Below, piece by piece: positions 38,615 through 52,492 of a stretch of DNA of 64,000 nt (positions are counted from its first letter, which is position 1; each line of letters begins with the position of its first letter). The translations under genes were made by a program, and so were the position numbers. The notes under the pieces were generated by a model, which ran no database searches, had not been told where the DNA came from, and was given only the letters and a program-made list of their open reading frames with translations. The stretch is from Octopus vulgaris (taxonomy: Eukaryota), in contig OX597836.1 in the NCBI GenBank assembly GCA_951406725.2, positions 19,840,001 to 19,904,000 on the forward strand, written 5' to 3'.

Positions 38615-40037
38615 CTAAAAGATTAAAGCCGTAATGGTGCCAGAGAATTAAAATGGCGTATCTAGAAAGACTAGAGAAACTAAAATTACTAAGGAAAGGG
38701 AGCTGTGAGAAACGAAGAAGTGAATAATCAAAGCTAAATTCCATATGAAGAAAGTAAAGTGGTCACCCGTCGATTTCGATGATGAATAGGCAATTTTTCG
38801 ATCAATTGTATATGTCCATCCATACATATCAATCTATCTGCATCTCTAATAACTCAGAGCGGTTAACGCCAATTTTAACAAGTAAAATTTTCCCGTGTGG
38901 TATTAGTGCTACGTTGACTGTATATAAAAAGAAAAGGCCTTATCACTCACTGTCGGAAATGCTAGGGAATATTGAAAGTATTAACCAATTTTATTGTAGA
39001 AAAAATACTAAGAATAATGAGAACATTTAAATACAAAGAAACAGGAAAGAGAGAAGGTAAAGGAAAAAGAAAAGTGTGTGCGCGAGGGAAAAGCAGTGGA
39101 AGACGGAGTGTGTGAACGTAACTAACTTTGTTTTAATTTAAAGGTAAGCTTGACTAAAAGCGCTGACTAATAAGGTTTGTGACGTGATGAGAATCGAAAT
39201 AAGGAACAAAGGAGATTGGATGAGATATTAACAAGGGTGTAGAGCGCAGATGACCAAATGGTTAAGAAGCCCGCCTTCGCCATCAAGTGGTCTTGTGTTC
39301 AATCCAGCTGAGTGGCATCTTGCCACGAAAAGTCTTTGTAGAAATACAACTTGTTGTTTATACACGCATGCCGGCACATTGAGCTCGCAAACACCCGCTA
39401 TTTCGGTTCCTTTGCTCAAACATGCAAACAAACGCGACAGTCTCACCGGAATGGGTTGCCCTGCGAGAAATAATAGCTATATCTCACTCGAATTACAGGC
39501 GGAATTAAATAAATGATACATTGTCGTCCCTAATGTATACGAAAGTGAATGACACTCTTGGAATGCTTTGTACTAGAAAGTTTTAATTAAGACGATTAGT
39601 GATGAAAAATGAAATATTTAACTTGAAAAAAAAAAAAACAACAACAAAAGAAAAAACAGGACGGAAACTCCCGAAATATTGGTTTCAAATGTTTGGCCCA
39701 AGGCTAGCAATTTCAGGGGAAAATCGATTACAACAATGTCAGAGCTAAACTGATACGTGACCTCAGCAAAATTTGAACTCAGAACGTAAAGGCGGAAGAA
39801 AATACTGCGAAACACGTTGCCCGGTGTGCTACGATCCTGACAGCTCACTGCCTTAAAGACTCCTGAACTATTAGAATATGAAAATATAACTAGAGGGAGT
39901 AATCTATTTACCCAGGAGGTTTTGTAGACGTTAGTTTTGTCGTCGATGGCTTATTTACAGCGGAGGTGGAATGGAAACAAAGATTGTTTCAGTTAGGTTA
40001 GTCATGGTCAAAAAATTATGGTCAATGGAATTCATTG

Positions 40038-41570
40038 GGATTTTTTCTGTTCCGCTCACAATTTTTAATTCTTTTAATTTTGTTCCAGTTGTTTTGAAAT
40101 TTGGCGTACTAATGTAGTTTTATATAGTAATTATGGAAATGAAATTCATTTTTGTCGTAAATTAATAAAAAGCTTTTAAAGTTTTGAAATTGAGTGATTT
40201 TAGTCAATCGAAAACTAGAAATATTGGTGCCTGTTTCCATAGTAACAAGCCAAAATATAGTCTGCTTCACCAATGTTTGAGAAACGGATATTTTCGGCTG
40301 CTGTCCTGTCTCAAACATTTTCATAATTTTGAACTATGTTTTTCTGGAGCTTTTCAACCTAATTAGAAATATGACAGCAGCCAACTCATTTTAACCTTTC
40401 GAATATGATGGAGAAATTGAAAACCAAGGAGGATGCGGTTTCTCACTTGCAAGAGAAGAGAGTTATCCCCAAAAGACAATTATGTACAAAAAAGACACTT
40501 GATTTTGTGTTGAAGAATTAGGGATGAGCCACTACACAGCTGTTGATTACAACGGCGATGTTCGTGAAATATGTGCTGAGGACCTGCTCTGCAACTTAGA
40601 CTGGAAAGATTGCGATTGACGAAACAATTTTCTCAAGACAAATACAACTGAGGAAAGGTGTGGCCTGAGCAGTGGGTCTTCAGAGGAGTATACTCTTTAC
40701 TCTTTTACTTGTTTCAGTCATTTGACTGCGGCCATGCTGGAGCACCGCCTTTAGTCGAGCAAATCGACCCCGGAACTTATTCTTTGTAAGCCCAGTACTT
40801 ATTCTATTGGTCTCTTTTGCCGAACCGCTAAGTGACGGGGACGTAAACACACCAGCATCGGTTGTCAAGCAATGCTAGGGGGACAAACACAGACACACAA
40901 ACATACACACGCATATATATATATATACATATTTACGACGGGCTTCTTTCAGTTTCCGTCTACCAAATCTACTCACAAGGCTTTGGTCGGCCCGAGGCTA
41001 TAGTAGAAGACACTTGCCCAAGATGCCACGCAGTGGGACTGAACCCGGAACTATGTGGTTGGTAAGCAAGCTACTTACCACACAGCCATTTTATATGTCG
41101 GAATCACGACACACGAGAGTAATGCATATGGATATCTTGTACCTCTGCGAGTTTATGTGGAGATACGAAAATTTTAATTTTTTTTTTTTTTTGATAAATT
41201 CCTCGATTGTATTGCAAAGTTTCGTTTTTGAATTTTCGCAACAAAAAAATGTATTTAATTTTCCAGAAAGAAAAAAATCATTGAGGATTTCTTCTTTTAA
41301 AACTCATTTCACATGACTTTATTCATTAAAACTTATTAAGACTTCCGTCGTTGAATGTTTTATCATCGTAATCTCATCACGCACAAAATCCCAGTTTCCA
41401 AATCCTGTTTTCTGATTGGCTAAAAATAAACTTTAACCCACTAACATTTTTCTGGAAGTTTTTTTGAAACAAGTGAATAACAAAATCAGATTCAGCGTGA
41501 AAAATTACATCAATTTGAACATTTTCACTTGATTTTAAAATTTCAAAAACTGAACGACACAGAGAGATCC
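40038..41570 (+). mobile_element. Internally deleted Merlin (IS1016/IS1595-like DDE) transposon with transposase remnants, interrupted by SINE B
   Basis: EKLKTKEDAVSHLQEKRVIP; EELGMSHYTAVDYNGDVREIC; IAIDETIFSR; KYN*GKVWPEQWVFRG; after the SINE, YLCEFMWRY; degenerate GGAT...ATCC termini. Confidence 0.75.
40693..41088 (-). mobile_element. SINE family B
   Basis: Full-length copy inside the Merlin relic. Confidence 0.85.
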
Positions 41571-43300
41571 TTCACTTTTTTTGAAGATTAGGGTTTACAT
41601 TTTTTAAAATGCATTTTGTATTTAAGATATTTTAAATTGAGGCAGATAAGTTTATTATCTCTGTTTTCTGAAAATATAAAAGGACGGAAGGTCACGGTTG
41701 AAGTACATTTAACAAGTAATGTGCTAACTCTGAATTCAAGGGTTAAACACAAACAGCAACAGAAGTTTGCTAAAGAGTTTATGCTGTCCTGCTAAAGATA
41801 GTAGCCAAATCTCTCAAATCATACCCTGCTATCTTAAAAGGGCATATTAGATAAAGTAACCCTACATGCTTATTTTAAAGATGAGGTGGTCACTTCTAGA
41901 ATACTTTTGATCGTATGTCTGCTAGATGTCAGGGTTAACCTGGTGTTAAACGACCACGGCGCCACACAAGATAAAGAGTAACAGCCGCTCGGTGATGATA
42001 ACTTGAGTGGAGTCACCACACGTTGAATTCATAAAAGAAATTAGAAAGTTTATCTTTAAAAGCTAAAGCATTAAAAGGTTCCATGGTTTGCGAAGTTGAT
42101 CAAACGACCAATCAGTTGTAGGATCGAACGGAAATCGGTTCCATAGAACATATTTCTTCAGCATGGTTATTAAAATAATAGAACTACAGAGACGGTTCGT
42201 TCTTCAATATGTTTTACAGTAATTACAATATATGCGTAAGAATTCATTATTCTGGCATAAGGCAGTTTTGCGACATTCAAAAAGCAGGATATTATTGGTA
42301 ATGGTTATTCATAGTCCACTGTCGGCGAAATTTGAACTCGGAACATGGGAATAACGGGTCAAGTACCGACCACTGAGTTCATAAAAAAAATTCTTACGTA
42401 GTAGAAAATATGGAATTCTATCGTTGTTTTGATAAATATTCATCAACGAAGTAATTAAGATATTTTAGATTTTCAGTACAGATAAAAACAGAGCTAGGGT
42501 GTCCGTTTATCGAGCCGGGAACTTTCCACTGCCTACAATGGAATTAACTACAACACACATAAACGTTAGCGACAATGGTGGTAGAAAGTTGTGATATTCG
42601 AATCTTTCCTGTGAATATTGATTTAAAAATTTGGCATAAGGCCAGCAAGATTTGGGAAGTGGGTATCTACTTATTTTATCTTTTTATCGATCTCAAACGG
42701 ATGAAAGGCAAAGCCTATCTCGGCGGAATTTGAACTCAGAACGTAAGGCCGGACGAAATACCGCGAAGCATTTAGTCTGACGTGCTAACGATTGCTGTTT
42801 CGTCGCCCTAGTCTATCCTTTCCTATAAATATCAACTGCAGAAGGCAACAGGAGGCTGAAGCTAGAATGAAAAACCTAGAATGCAATCACCCCACTTTAA
42901 CGTATATGAGACGAAATCTTCGCTAAGATTTATCTGTAAATTCGAAGTATTGTAAAGTTGATTTGATGAATTAATGTAGAAAAATTATAGTGATCTTAAA
43001 GCAAATTGCGTGTGTGTGATGCATTTTACTAAAATTTTAAAATTAAGTTGTTGAAATCTTTGAAATTACTTTTAAAATGTTTGACCAAAGAACTCAGTAA
43101 AACTATAAAGAAGACGGGAGTTACAGAAAAAATTTAAAAATTTAGGTATTCGACTATAAGGAGAAAATATGAATGTAAGAAAAAAAAAATATCTTAGACC
43201 TCTAAAAGATCTAAATTTGAATGTGTGTTTGTCTAGATGTGTGTGTGTATACTTGTGTTCGGGTATATGTACATGTATACTTCTGGTTGGTTGGTTGGTT

Positions 43301-43333
<33 letters not shown>

Positions 43334-43374
43334 CGCGCGATATATGTACATGTATGTGTGCATATATATATAGC

Positions 43375-45366
43375 TCAGATTTCATCGGGAGTACGCTTGG
43401 AACCCTGCCAAGTTTGTATGGTATAATCAGTAAAATAAAACGTTTGAGTTTCGATGTGTTTGTTCGTCGATGTCACCCATGTAGAAATACTCTTTTCGCA
43501 ACAAAAGACGGTGAGTATTGGATTGCCAATAAGTGGAAGCGAAGTGTAAGGCAGAATATTTGCGCTGAAATTACTCAAGTTATACATGGCAACTTGGAAA
43601 ACATACGGTGCCCTCTGCACCCCAACATACAATTTGTCAAAAGCGCTGGTCACTTGGAGGTCGTAATCAGGAGTAGAACACTTGATAGGTAAAGGAGGTA
43701 AGTTGGGCGCAGGAAGACCAATTGTTACTTTCTCCCAAGTTCGATCTTCAAGTAAAAGACACGTTGCTTCCATGAAATATTCCTCATGAGCGAGTAACGA
43801 TGATCGGAACTTATCCGCAAGAATTTTGTGGTCTACGTGTTTCAAGAAGCATATGCGGTCTTGCAAGAAAACAGCAGGCGTTTTCTGAAGGCAGATGGGT
43901 TCATGCCAACGAGATCCGCAAGTTTCATACTTCTTTGAAGTTATGTCGAAAGAAATGACGTGGAAATTCTTCAATTCCTGAAATTGATATTCTCCATGTG
44001 CCGTTTGGGCCACCTCAACTCTCCGTTTGGTTGATACAGTCACCATCAAATACGAGTTAAAAAGATCAATGTGAACTTTAAGCGCGACCGACGCCTTGTC
44101 TCCGGGACACATTTCATCTCCAAAATATTCATAATTTATCTCCATATGTAAGTTCCAGGAATCGGACAAAGTGTCATATTTATAAACACCAAATACTGGC
44201 TTCCGGTTTAGTCCAGAAAAAGTAGTGATCAAAACATACAAATCTCCATCGAGGCAAAATATATCAAAGGTATCTTCCTCTGTCGTCAAGGTTTTCTTAT
44301 CAAGTGAGCGAAATATATTGGAAACGGGTTTGCTAGAGCTGTTTGTCAAATCAACGAGGGAGACGTTAGTTTTAGCGCTCACATGAACGAGGTAATATGG
44401 GTTTATAATCCCTATAATATCGCCAGGTTCCCAAAAGATAGTCGTGAGAAACCATGTCTTAGTAAGACCACAGTAGAAGGCCGCTAGATCGTTCCCTTCC
44501 TCTTGTACCAATAAGCACCACTGAAATTTCTTATCGCTTGAATCGCTAATTGATAGTCTTTTAATTTCCAAAGAATGTCCTGCTTCTGATATTAATGGGG
44601 AAAAGCGATCCTTCAGTTTCGTTTTTAAACTGGGATCAAGGTCATCGAATGCATCGGTTTCATTGAAGTTGTAACTCGAAGGTAGAGGATTTTGACGAAT
44701 GTAGTTGCTAATTAAAAACTCTGCTTCAGTTAGCCGTGCGGTGTCGTCATAACTAAGCCACCACAGTACCATCTCAATACGGTCCACTGAATTTATATTC
44801 AAACGTGTATCGTGAAGCAAAGAAGTCAAGAAAGGTGCCGTCAAAACGTATACGGATTTAGTGAATATGAATTTTCGACAGAAGGTAGCCTGGACGACGA
44901 TTTGAGACACTTCTTCCAACTCACGCAAGTCGTACAAGTGAGCTACGTACCAGGTCTGAAGTGCGTTTTGAGGTTGAAGACGTTCCAGTAAAAACTGTGC
45001 ACAGTGACCTTGGAGTTCAAGCAGTAAAAACTGCACGGATATGTCAAGGATCTCCATGACGGTGTCACTCGTCAAATAAATCTCTCCATCATAGATGTAA
45101 TCGAGCACGCTGCTCAGGGTTGTAATGTCGCCAAAGGAAGATGAGAAATCAACGAGGTTTTTCTTTTTCTCGCTGAAATCAGATTGAAACATAACTTGAA
45201 AGTAATTGCTCGCCGAACACAGAATGATTTTGTGGGCAGCGATTTTGTCGTTCCCCACGACAAACTCAACATCACACAAGAACCCTTTTTTGTAAAAGGA
45301 AAGCAAGCTACGCCACTGACGATTCTGAGGCAAATCGTGGTAAGTTCGTTGCTGACTAGCATCCAT
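43375..45366 (-). CDS. BTB-BACK protein with divergent kelch-like C-terminus, 663 aa, single coding exon
   Basis: FLCDVEFVVG...AHKIILCSASNYFQVMFQSDFSE (BTB), YIYDGEI, BACK helices; polyT-cag acceptor 2 nt before the ATG. Confidence 0.92.
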   Translation of the reverse strand: MDASQQRTYHDLPQNRQWRSLLSFYKKGFLCDVEFVVGNDKIAAHKIILCSASNYFQVMFQSDFSEKKKNLVDFSSSFGDITTLSSVLDYIYDGEIYLTSDTVMEILDISVQFLLLELQGHCAQFLLERLQPQNALQTWYVAHLYDLRELEEVSQIVVQATFCRKFIFTKSVYVLTAPFLTSLLHDTRLNINSVDRIEMVLWWLSYDDTARLTEAEFLISNYIRQNPLPSSYNFNETDAFDDLDPSLKTKLKDRFSPLISEAGHSLEIKRLSISDSSDKKFQWCLLVQEEGNDLAAFYCGLTKTWFLTTIFWEPGDIIGIINPYYLVHVSAKTNVSLVDLTNSSSKPVSNIFRSLDKKTLTTEEDTFDIFCLDGDLYVLITTFSGLNRKPVFGVYKYDTLSDSWNLHMEINYEYFGDEMCPGDKASVALKVHIDLFNSYLMVTVSTKRRVEVAQTAHGEYQFQELKNFHVISFDITSKKYETCGSRWHEPICLQKTPAVFLQDRICFLKHVDHKILADKFRSSLLAHEEYFMEATCLLLEDRTWEKVTIGLPAPNLPPLPIKCSTPDYDLQVTSAFDKLYVGVQRAPYVFQVAMYNLSNFSANILPYTSLPLIGNPILTVFCCEKSISTWVTSTNKHIETQTFYFTDYTIQTWQGSKRTPDEI

Positions 45367-45614
45367 ATCTGAAAAAAAAAAAAAAAAGGAAATATTTATT
45401 AATGTACGGGGTAGAATAGATGTTAAAGTATGGGATTAAAAACGCAATTTTACCTTTTATCAATACATACCGTATGAAATGTTGCAGGAAAATATTAGCG
45501 TAATTACCATTGGAATTATATAATTCTGAAAATTATAAAATATTTTTTAACGCTATATGTGCTAAAGTCCAAGTTACTGAAAGTTTTTTTTTTCTATTCA
45601 GTTAAACTGATAAT

Positions 45615-46004
45615 GGACTGGAAGCACTCCGTCGGTTACGACGACGAGGGTTCCGGTTGATCCGAATCAACGGAACAGCCTGCTCGTGAAATTAACGTGC
45701 AAGTGGCTGAGCACTCCACAGACACGTGTACTCTTAGCGTAGTTCTCGGGGATATTCAGCGTGACACAGAGAGTGACAAGGCCGGCCCTTTGAAATACAG
45801 GTACAACAGAAACAGGAAGTAAGAGTGAGAGAAAGTTGTGTTGAAAGAGTACAGCAGGGATCACCACCATCCCCTGCCGGAGCCGCGTGGAGCTTTAGGT
45901 GTTTTCGCTCAATTAAACACTCACAACACCCGGTCTGGGAATCGAAACCGCGATCCTATAACCGCGAGTCCGCTGCCCTAACCACTGGGCCATTGCGCCT
46001 CCAC
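45615..46004 (-). mobile_element. SINE family C, tail type 3, 12-bp TSD
   Basis: taaactgataat at 45603-45614 and 46005-46016; tRNA-Arg-like head. Confidence 0.88.
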
Positions 46005-46562
46005 TAAACTGATAATACTTGTTCCAGTATAGAAATGAATTGACAAAACATTTGAGTCGTGATGAAAGCTAAACAGGCTAGAATTAGATTAATACACATG
46101 TTTGAAAGTCTTTGATTGATTAAAATACCGGTGTGTTTCGTATTCATAATGTTTATACAAACATGGAAAGGAACTAGTAATATTTTGTATCATAAGGTTA
46201 GGCTTAAAAAATTAGGTTTAGGGTTAAAAAGTCGTAGGATCGACTACTTGCGACTAGCTAGCGCGGATGCGTGAGTGCGCGCACCGGGACCACTGTTCGC
46301 TAGTAGTACCGCACTAAGGGCCGGTTGTTTCCTCACTTTACGGTAGAAATCTATGTTAACATTTTTTCTGAAATATTTATTGAAAAGGAAACGAAATAAT
46401 CCAACCTGATAAGAAATGAGTACATCAGTCCAATCGAACATTTGAACACCCGACTTTCGTGTAAAGACTTTCGTGGTAGAGTGGGCATGTCAATGGCGGG
46501 GTCGTGAGTGGCGACGAAAGGACTAATAAACAGAGTTGATCGATTGGTTGATTAAACAAATT

Positions 46563-46724
46563 GGCGATCCTTCGTTTGTAGTAGCACGTTTCCGTCGAGG
46601 ATTTCCTCTTAGTCTCTTTCGCTCTCATTACTTCAAATGTTCCCGCAAGCCCATATGTAAAAAAATAAAAGTTTTTTTACGGAAATCATCGACGGAAACG
46701 TGCTACTACAAACGAAAGATCGCC
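46563..46724. mobile_element. Short GGCGATC-terminal MITE, 8-bp TSD aacaaatt
   Basis: ggcgatccttcgtttgtagtagcacgtttccgtcga / tcgacggaaacgtgctactacaaacgaaagatcgcc; related to 30169-30598. Confidence 0.85.
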
Positions 46725-46999
46725 AACAAATTAATCAAACAATCGGCAACTTAATAGGTTAAACGTTAACGAATTAACTAATAAAAGTTATATAGAACCA
46801 GTGCGTGTGTTTAGTATTGATATAATGACCCTCCCAAGATAAAAAAATATATATATAAAGAAAAAGAGGTTTTTCATTCAGGAAAGAAAGGTTGTTTTGA
46901 ATGATCTTTCTTGTACCAGTGGATTTCCAGTACCGGTCTGCTTTATTTATAAAGCATTGAAGTAACAAAAGTAATGGAGACCAAACTACTACATCATTT

Positions 47000-47218
47000 A
47001 CTCTTTACTCTCTTTTACTCTTTTACTTGTTTCAGTCATTTGACTGCGGCCATGCTGGAGCACCGCCTTTAGTCGAGCAAATCGACCCCGGGACTTATTC
47101 TTTGTAAGCCCAGTACTTATTCGATCAGTCTCTTTTGCCGAACCGCTAATTGACGGGGACGTAAACACACCAGCATCGGTTGTCAAGCAATGCTAGGGGG
47201 ACAAACACAGACACACAA

Positions 47219-47251
<33 letters not shown>

Positions 47252-47415
47252 CACATATATACGACAGGCTTCTTTCAGTTTCCGTCTACCAAATCCACTC
47301 ACAAGGCATTGGTCGGCCCGAGGCTATAGCAGAAGACACTTGCCCAAGATGCCACGCAGTAGGACTGAACCCGGAACCATGTGGTTGTTTAGCAAGCTAC
47401 TTACCACACAGCCAC
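47000..47415 (-). mobile_element. SINE family B
   Basis: Full-length copy with (TTTACTC) tail. Confidence 0.85.
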
Positions 47416-50400
47416 GTTAAATTTACAACTAAACTTTTCACACTGTTTCTCTTTAATCCTTATCTAAACCACTAAAGGATTTGTTCTGACAAGCGGGGGA
47501 GAATATGTTTGTAAGTTAAGACTTAGATAAGATTTTTTTTTTTAATATAGCGGAGTTTACTTCGTTGATGGGAAATATCTACATCCGGAAAATTATCAAA
47601 ATTTACGTTAATTTTTTTTTTCACTTTAATTATTGTTCAACCAGTCAGAGGTTGACAAGTCCTACATCTGTCTACGTAAAAACTGCACCAACGCCATAGC
47701 ATTTTGTTATACACAAGTAAATGTTACAATCTTGATGGAATCCACCTAGTAAACAATGCAGTATCAAAAATTTTTTTTTTTTTTTTAACATCTGAAGTTC
47801 TACGCATAAAACACTTCGCATCACACCCAAACTAGCGTAAAATTCTACACAGGGGAGGCAGAGGGGATTTGTATAGAGCCATGTGACATTAAAGGAATAT
47901 TTGAGAAAAACGCAATGTTTAGAATGTTTAAATGTCTGTCACTGAACAACAGTTTTTCTCATCATTAGAGAAAAGAGAAAGAGAGAAATGTAGACAAATT
48001 GTCTGCGATCAAACCATTGCAACTTTAAACGACAAACGTTTGTACCAGCCGACTATAAAAAAAAAAAAAATATATATATATATATATCTCGAAAATGTTA
48101 AATCTGCAAGTTTTATATAAAAGAGGTAGATTAAGTTTAGTGTGTATGAAATTAAAACATCGGAGCGACACTCATTTTCTTTATAGCTGCATCCGGGTTA
48201 AGGTTTCGCGAAAGTTCTTGTGTCAGCTGTCGAAGCACTAAAAAGTTGTGTTAAGTCCCTTCTGTAAGTCATTAGATATACTATTCATAATCTCCGACCG
48301 CTGCGCCGAATTTCGCAGTACAATGCAGAGAATTAATGGAACAAGATATTTAAAAATAAATAATCAGTTTCTAAAAAATATGTCGGTCCCTGTAAGAGAT
48401 ATAAACCTTTGCCATTTTTTGAAAGTTTAATATGATGTGGAAGTTTCATATAACCTGGATTATGCACAACCGTTTACATTTGACGATTTATTAAGCCACT
48501 CCCTACTGATGGCTCCTCAACCCCGCTTTCTTAAAGGAAATTAGTCCTTAGACAAAAATATATACATAAGACGTTATATTGTTACAGGTGCCGATTGAAA
48601 CTCAAAACGGTGAAGAATAGGGAATGCAAAACTGGTTTTTGTTGCAAAAATATTTTGAAAGAAGATTCACAAGAAACAGTAAAGCTTGTATAGTTGTCAT
48701 TTTAGCAACATTTCTTCCGGCATTACGCTCTAAGTTCATTCACCACCCAGGTCAACTTTGCTTTTCATCCTTTCGGGGGTCGATAAAATAAATATCAGTC
48801 AAGTACTGGAGTCGATGTAAACAACTATTCACCTTGCCAACAAATTTCAAGCCGATGTCAATGGTAAAAAGAAATTATTAAAGCTAGAGGACAAATGATT
48901 ACATTCTGTTTTCAAATACTGCTGAGGTCGACTTTGCCTTTCATCCTTAAATACCAGTTCAGGACTGTGGTTGATATAATCGACTTCATACGTCCCCTTA
49001 AAATTGATGGCTTCCCCCGCCAAAAAAAAAAGAAATATTGAAAGATTCATTATTATTATTATGAAGGCGACCTTTCAGGGGTCGATAAAAGAAAGTATCA
49101 ATCAAGTACTGGGACCGATGGTATCGACTAACCCTCTTCCCTTAAATTGCAAGCCTTGGCAAAAATTTTAAACATCTGGTGACGTTGAACTATTTTAAAC
49201 CAAATCTCGTCTCCGAAATCCACGATTCTAAAATATCCGAATTCATTGGAAGAGAATTTACTTTAAAACAGATTATCGCCAAAGGGGCTGCTCTGTTAAT
49301 GCCTGACGTTGGTGGGAATGGGCTTTGGGGTTTAAAAATCCAAAACAAGAGCCATGAAGTTTTATTGCCCTGAAGCCTAGTCTAGCAGTTTCCTGCTATT
49401 CCCCTCTTCATTTCATGCTACCTATCTCTAAAAAGAATACGATTTTATCTTTAGTAATAGTAGCAGGTCTATCACAAAGCTTAGGCCGGAGATTATCTTT
49501 CTGTGGAGTATAAGTGACCAAGAGTACATTACTCCAGTCTCCGAATGGGGACCTCAGTCCGTAGCAGGACCCATATCGCCATTCAGATATCCTCTCTATA
49601 ATCTCCTTCTCCCTACCAAGCTGTTACTGGGATTGATTTTACCGGCGAGCTGGCAGAAACGTCGATAAATGAAGTACTAGTTATGCACTGGGGTCGATGT
49701 AATGGACTTAATCCGTTTGTCCCCTCTGTGTTTAGCCCCTTGTGGGTAGTCAAGAAATAGGTATTGATTTTCAGCTGACTGAAGCAACATGAAATAAAGC
49801 GTTTTACTCAAGAACACGCTACCCGGTCTGGGAATCGAAACGATTGACTTACGATCGTTATTTCAATATCCTAACCACTAGGCCACGCGCCTTCGCTGCA
49901 ATAGTAGAAACAAGTAATTGTGTTGGTAGTGGCAAGCTATTGTAGTAATAGTAGTAGTAGTGGTAGTTAATTGTGATGGTAACAGACCAAAGATGTATGA
50001 AACCAGGTTCAGGCTAACTCCAGTGGGTACGGTGATACGAGATTGATTCCAGATTAATAGAATGAGGTAACTTGAAATAGGAGGGAAATAGTTACAGCAG
50101 TTTAACACCACCAGGCACCTTAGGTAGCTTTCAGAGGAGACCACTTTTGCAAGCATCCGTGCCAGATCTCCAGTTTGATGTTTCCCCCACCTCCATCAAT
50201 CTCGGGAACCCTGTGAAGGATCATGGTATCATAGGCACTGCCCCCATTTCTTTCCCTGGCTTCATCACCAATGAAAGTTGGTGTTGAATTTCTTGCTTCG
50301 CTTTTATGTGGAACACAAGGTTTGGTGTTTGATAAGGTTGAGCGAGGAAGTTTGAAACCTGTAAACATTGAGGACTCCAGAACAGTCACAGTTGAATGCA

Positions 50401-52492
50401 ACTCACATCTACGTTGAGCGATATGAGAGAATGGTGCTATGTTTAAGTAATTACTAAACGGGTGTTTCTCTCTCTTCAACAACCATAAAGAGGCTTCATA
50501 CAGACTCCTGTATCCAATGTGTGCAGACAAAATCTGAACATAAATTGATGACCCATGAAAAAATACTTTTATATGGTCTCTCGAACTGCTAGAAATAGCA
50601 ACAAGTTATCGTTTAAATTTTTTGTAAAAAAAAAAAGTTTAAAAAACCCCAAAGATTTATCCGCTGGGTGGTGGTAAATAGACGAAGGGGCAAAAATCAG
50701 AGGATTGAATAAAATGCCTTGCGGTGTTTCTTATCAATTCCTTCCGCCGCGAGTTTAAAATCACACCGCAGTTGAACTAATTTTGCCTGTCGTCCTTCTG
50801 TGGTCGACAAAAAGTACGAAATAAAGTCAAGTATTGGGGTCGAAATAATAGATTAGCTCGTTCCCTCGCTTCAATCGAAATTGTTACCTTTGAGTCTAAA
50901 TGGAATAATAATTCGCCATTTTGAAAAAGGAAAGGATACGGCGGACGATGTAGTATTAGATACTATCTGAAAATATGAGATGGTCACGGTTGGAAAACTT
51001 TTTAATCATAGGTTTGATCAGACTAACCGAGGATTAAACAAAAGATACATTCTTTCCAGTACATTTTGAACAGATCTTGGCGAAGGTGGGTATCGAACAC
51101 GTTTATTCAATCGAAATAAAACAAATAAGATTTAAGTTAAACGTCATACATTCGAGGTAGACAAGTACGCTACGGATTCTCCAGCAGCTGATGATCCGGA
51201 ACCTTTTTTAATCCGGACATAATTATGTCCAGACACTAATGTTTCCTGCGGCCAATATGACGGTAGTTTATTTTTTTTTTTATTTTAGATTTACTATTGG
51301 GCAAAGGTAAAGAATACGTACACCCGGTGTTTGGGGTTACGCCAAAAACGGGTGGTGTGCGTATTGTTTACCTCCGCTTACTATTATACCCTTCACGGGG
51401 GTCAGGTATAATTGTAAAAATATCCGGGAAAATGAATCCGGAAGGGGAGAGAACAGAAATGTAAAAGCAAATTTAAAAAAAAAAGATGGACGAAAAATTC
51501 TTTCACAGAAGGAAACAACCACCCAGTTCCTTGTCCTTTTCTTTCTCCACGAAAGAAAATAGTAGCTATTCCGAAAGTCCGCCGATCAGAGATTACACCC
51601 GTCTCACGACATGCATTTGTTTATTCAGTAGGAACAAAGCAAGAAGGCTGAAACTTTCTCTCTACACCTAACAATTCATTCAACTAAAATTTAAAATAAT
51701 AAACGGCTTTTGACATCAACTGTAGAAACACGAAAAACTAATCTCTGAAATATAACTAGAGGGGTGTGGAGGACGGAAAGTAAAACACCCCACACAGATT
51801 TGCATTATACCCGCAGTGAATGTATAAGATTATACAGGGCTGTATGTAATTTAGCTGCACCAATGAAACTTAATAGACGAGGGATCAGAGTGTTAACTAG
51901 ACCATATAGCAACAAAATTGACAGAGAAAAAAAAAACAATAACACAAAATAAATAAGTTAAATAAATAAAACATGTTCTTATAGTTTTGAGAGTTTCCCA
52001 TGCACTGTATAATTTCTGGCAACTATATTAACTTATCAATGGCGTAGCCAGGGTTTCGAATACTTACTTAACTTACAGCGTTACCTAGAGTCAGATGGCT
52101 TTGCTGTTTGCCGATGATTTACGTGTGACCTTCGACTGCGCAAAACACTAACAGCCGCAAGTATGAGTATTTATATTGATGTCTTAAGAGGACATGTATC
52201 ACATGACTTAATCGAACGTGGTAGTGAGAGTGGGAAAGAGGACACTGAGAATATATGGAAGACAACTGGAGTTACGAAGCCATTGATAAGTTCAAATTTT
52301 TGCACAAGACCACCAATTTCGGGGGAGGGGCAAGTCAATTACATCGACCCAAGTTCTCAATTCATACTTATTTTATCGACCCCGAAAGAATGAACGGTAA
52401 GGTCGACCTCGGCGGCATTTGTACTCAGAACGTAAAGACGGACGCAATGTAGCTGAGCATTTTGTCCGGCCCGGTATGAAACCATTAATAAT

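Noticed and set aside
45930-46003. tRNA-Arg-like sequence (also near 17160-17228)
   Set aside because: Head of a TSD-flanked SINE, not a standalone tRNA gene
50120-50530. 136-aa minus-strand ORF
   Set aside because: No recognisable domain or splice context; possibly decayed retroelement sequence
51185-51232. CTGATGA-tccgga...tccgga plus palindrome ggacataattatgtcc
   Set aside because: No GAAA and stem I strands are not complementary
51340-51480. CCGGAA-containing stretch as a bidirectional promoter for the BTB pair
   Set aside because: Short motifs only; cannot be supported without TSS data
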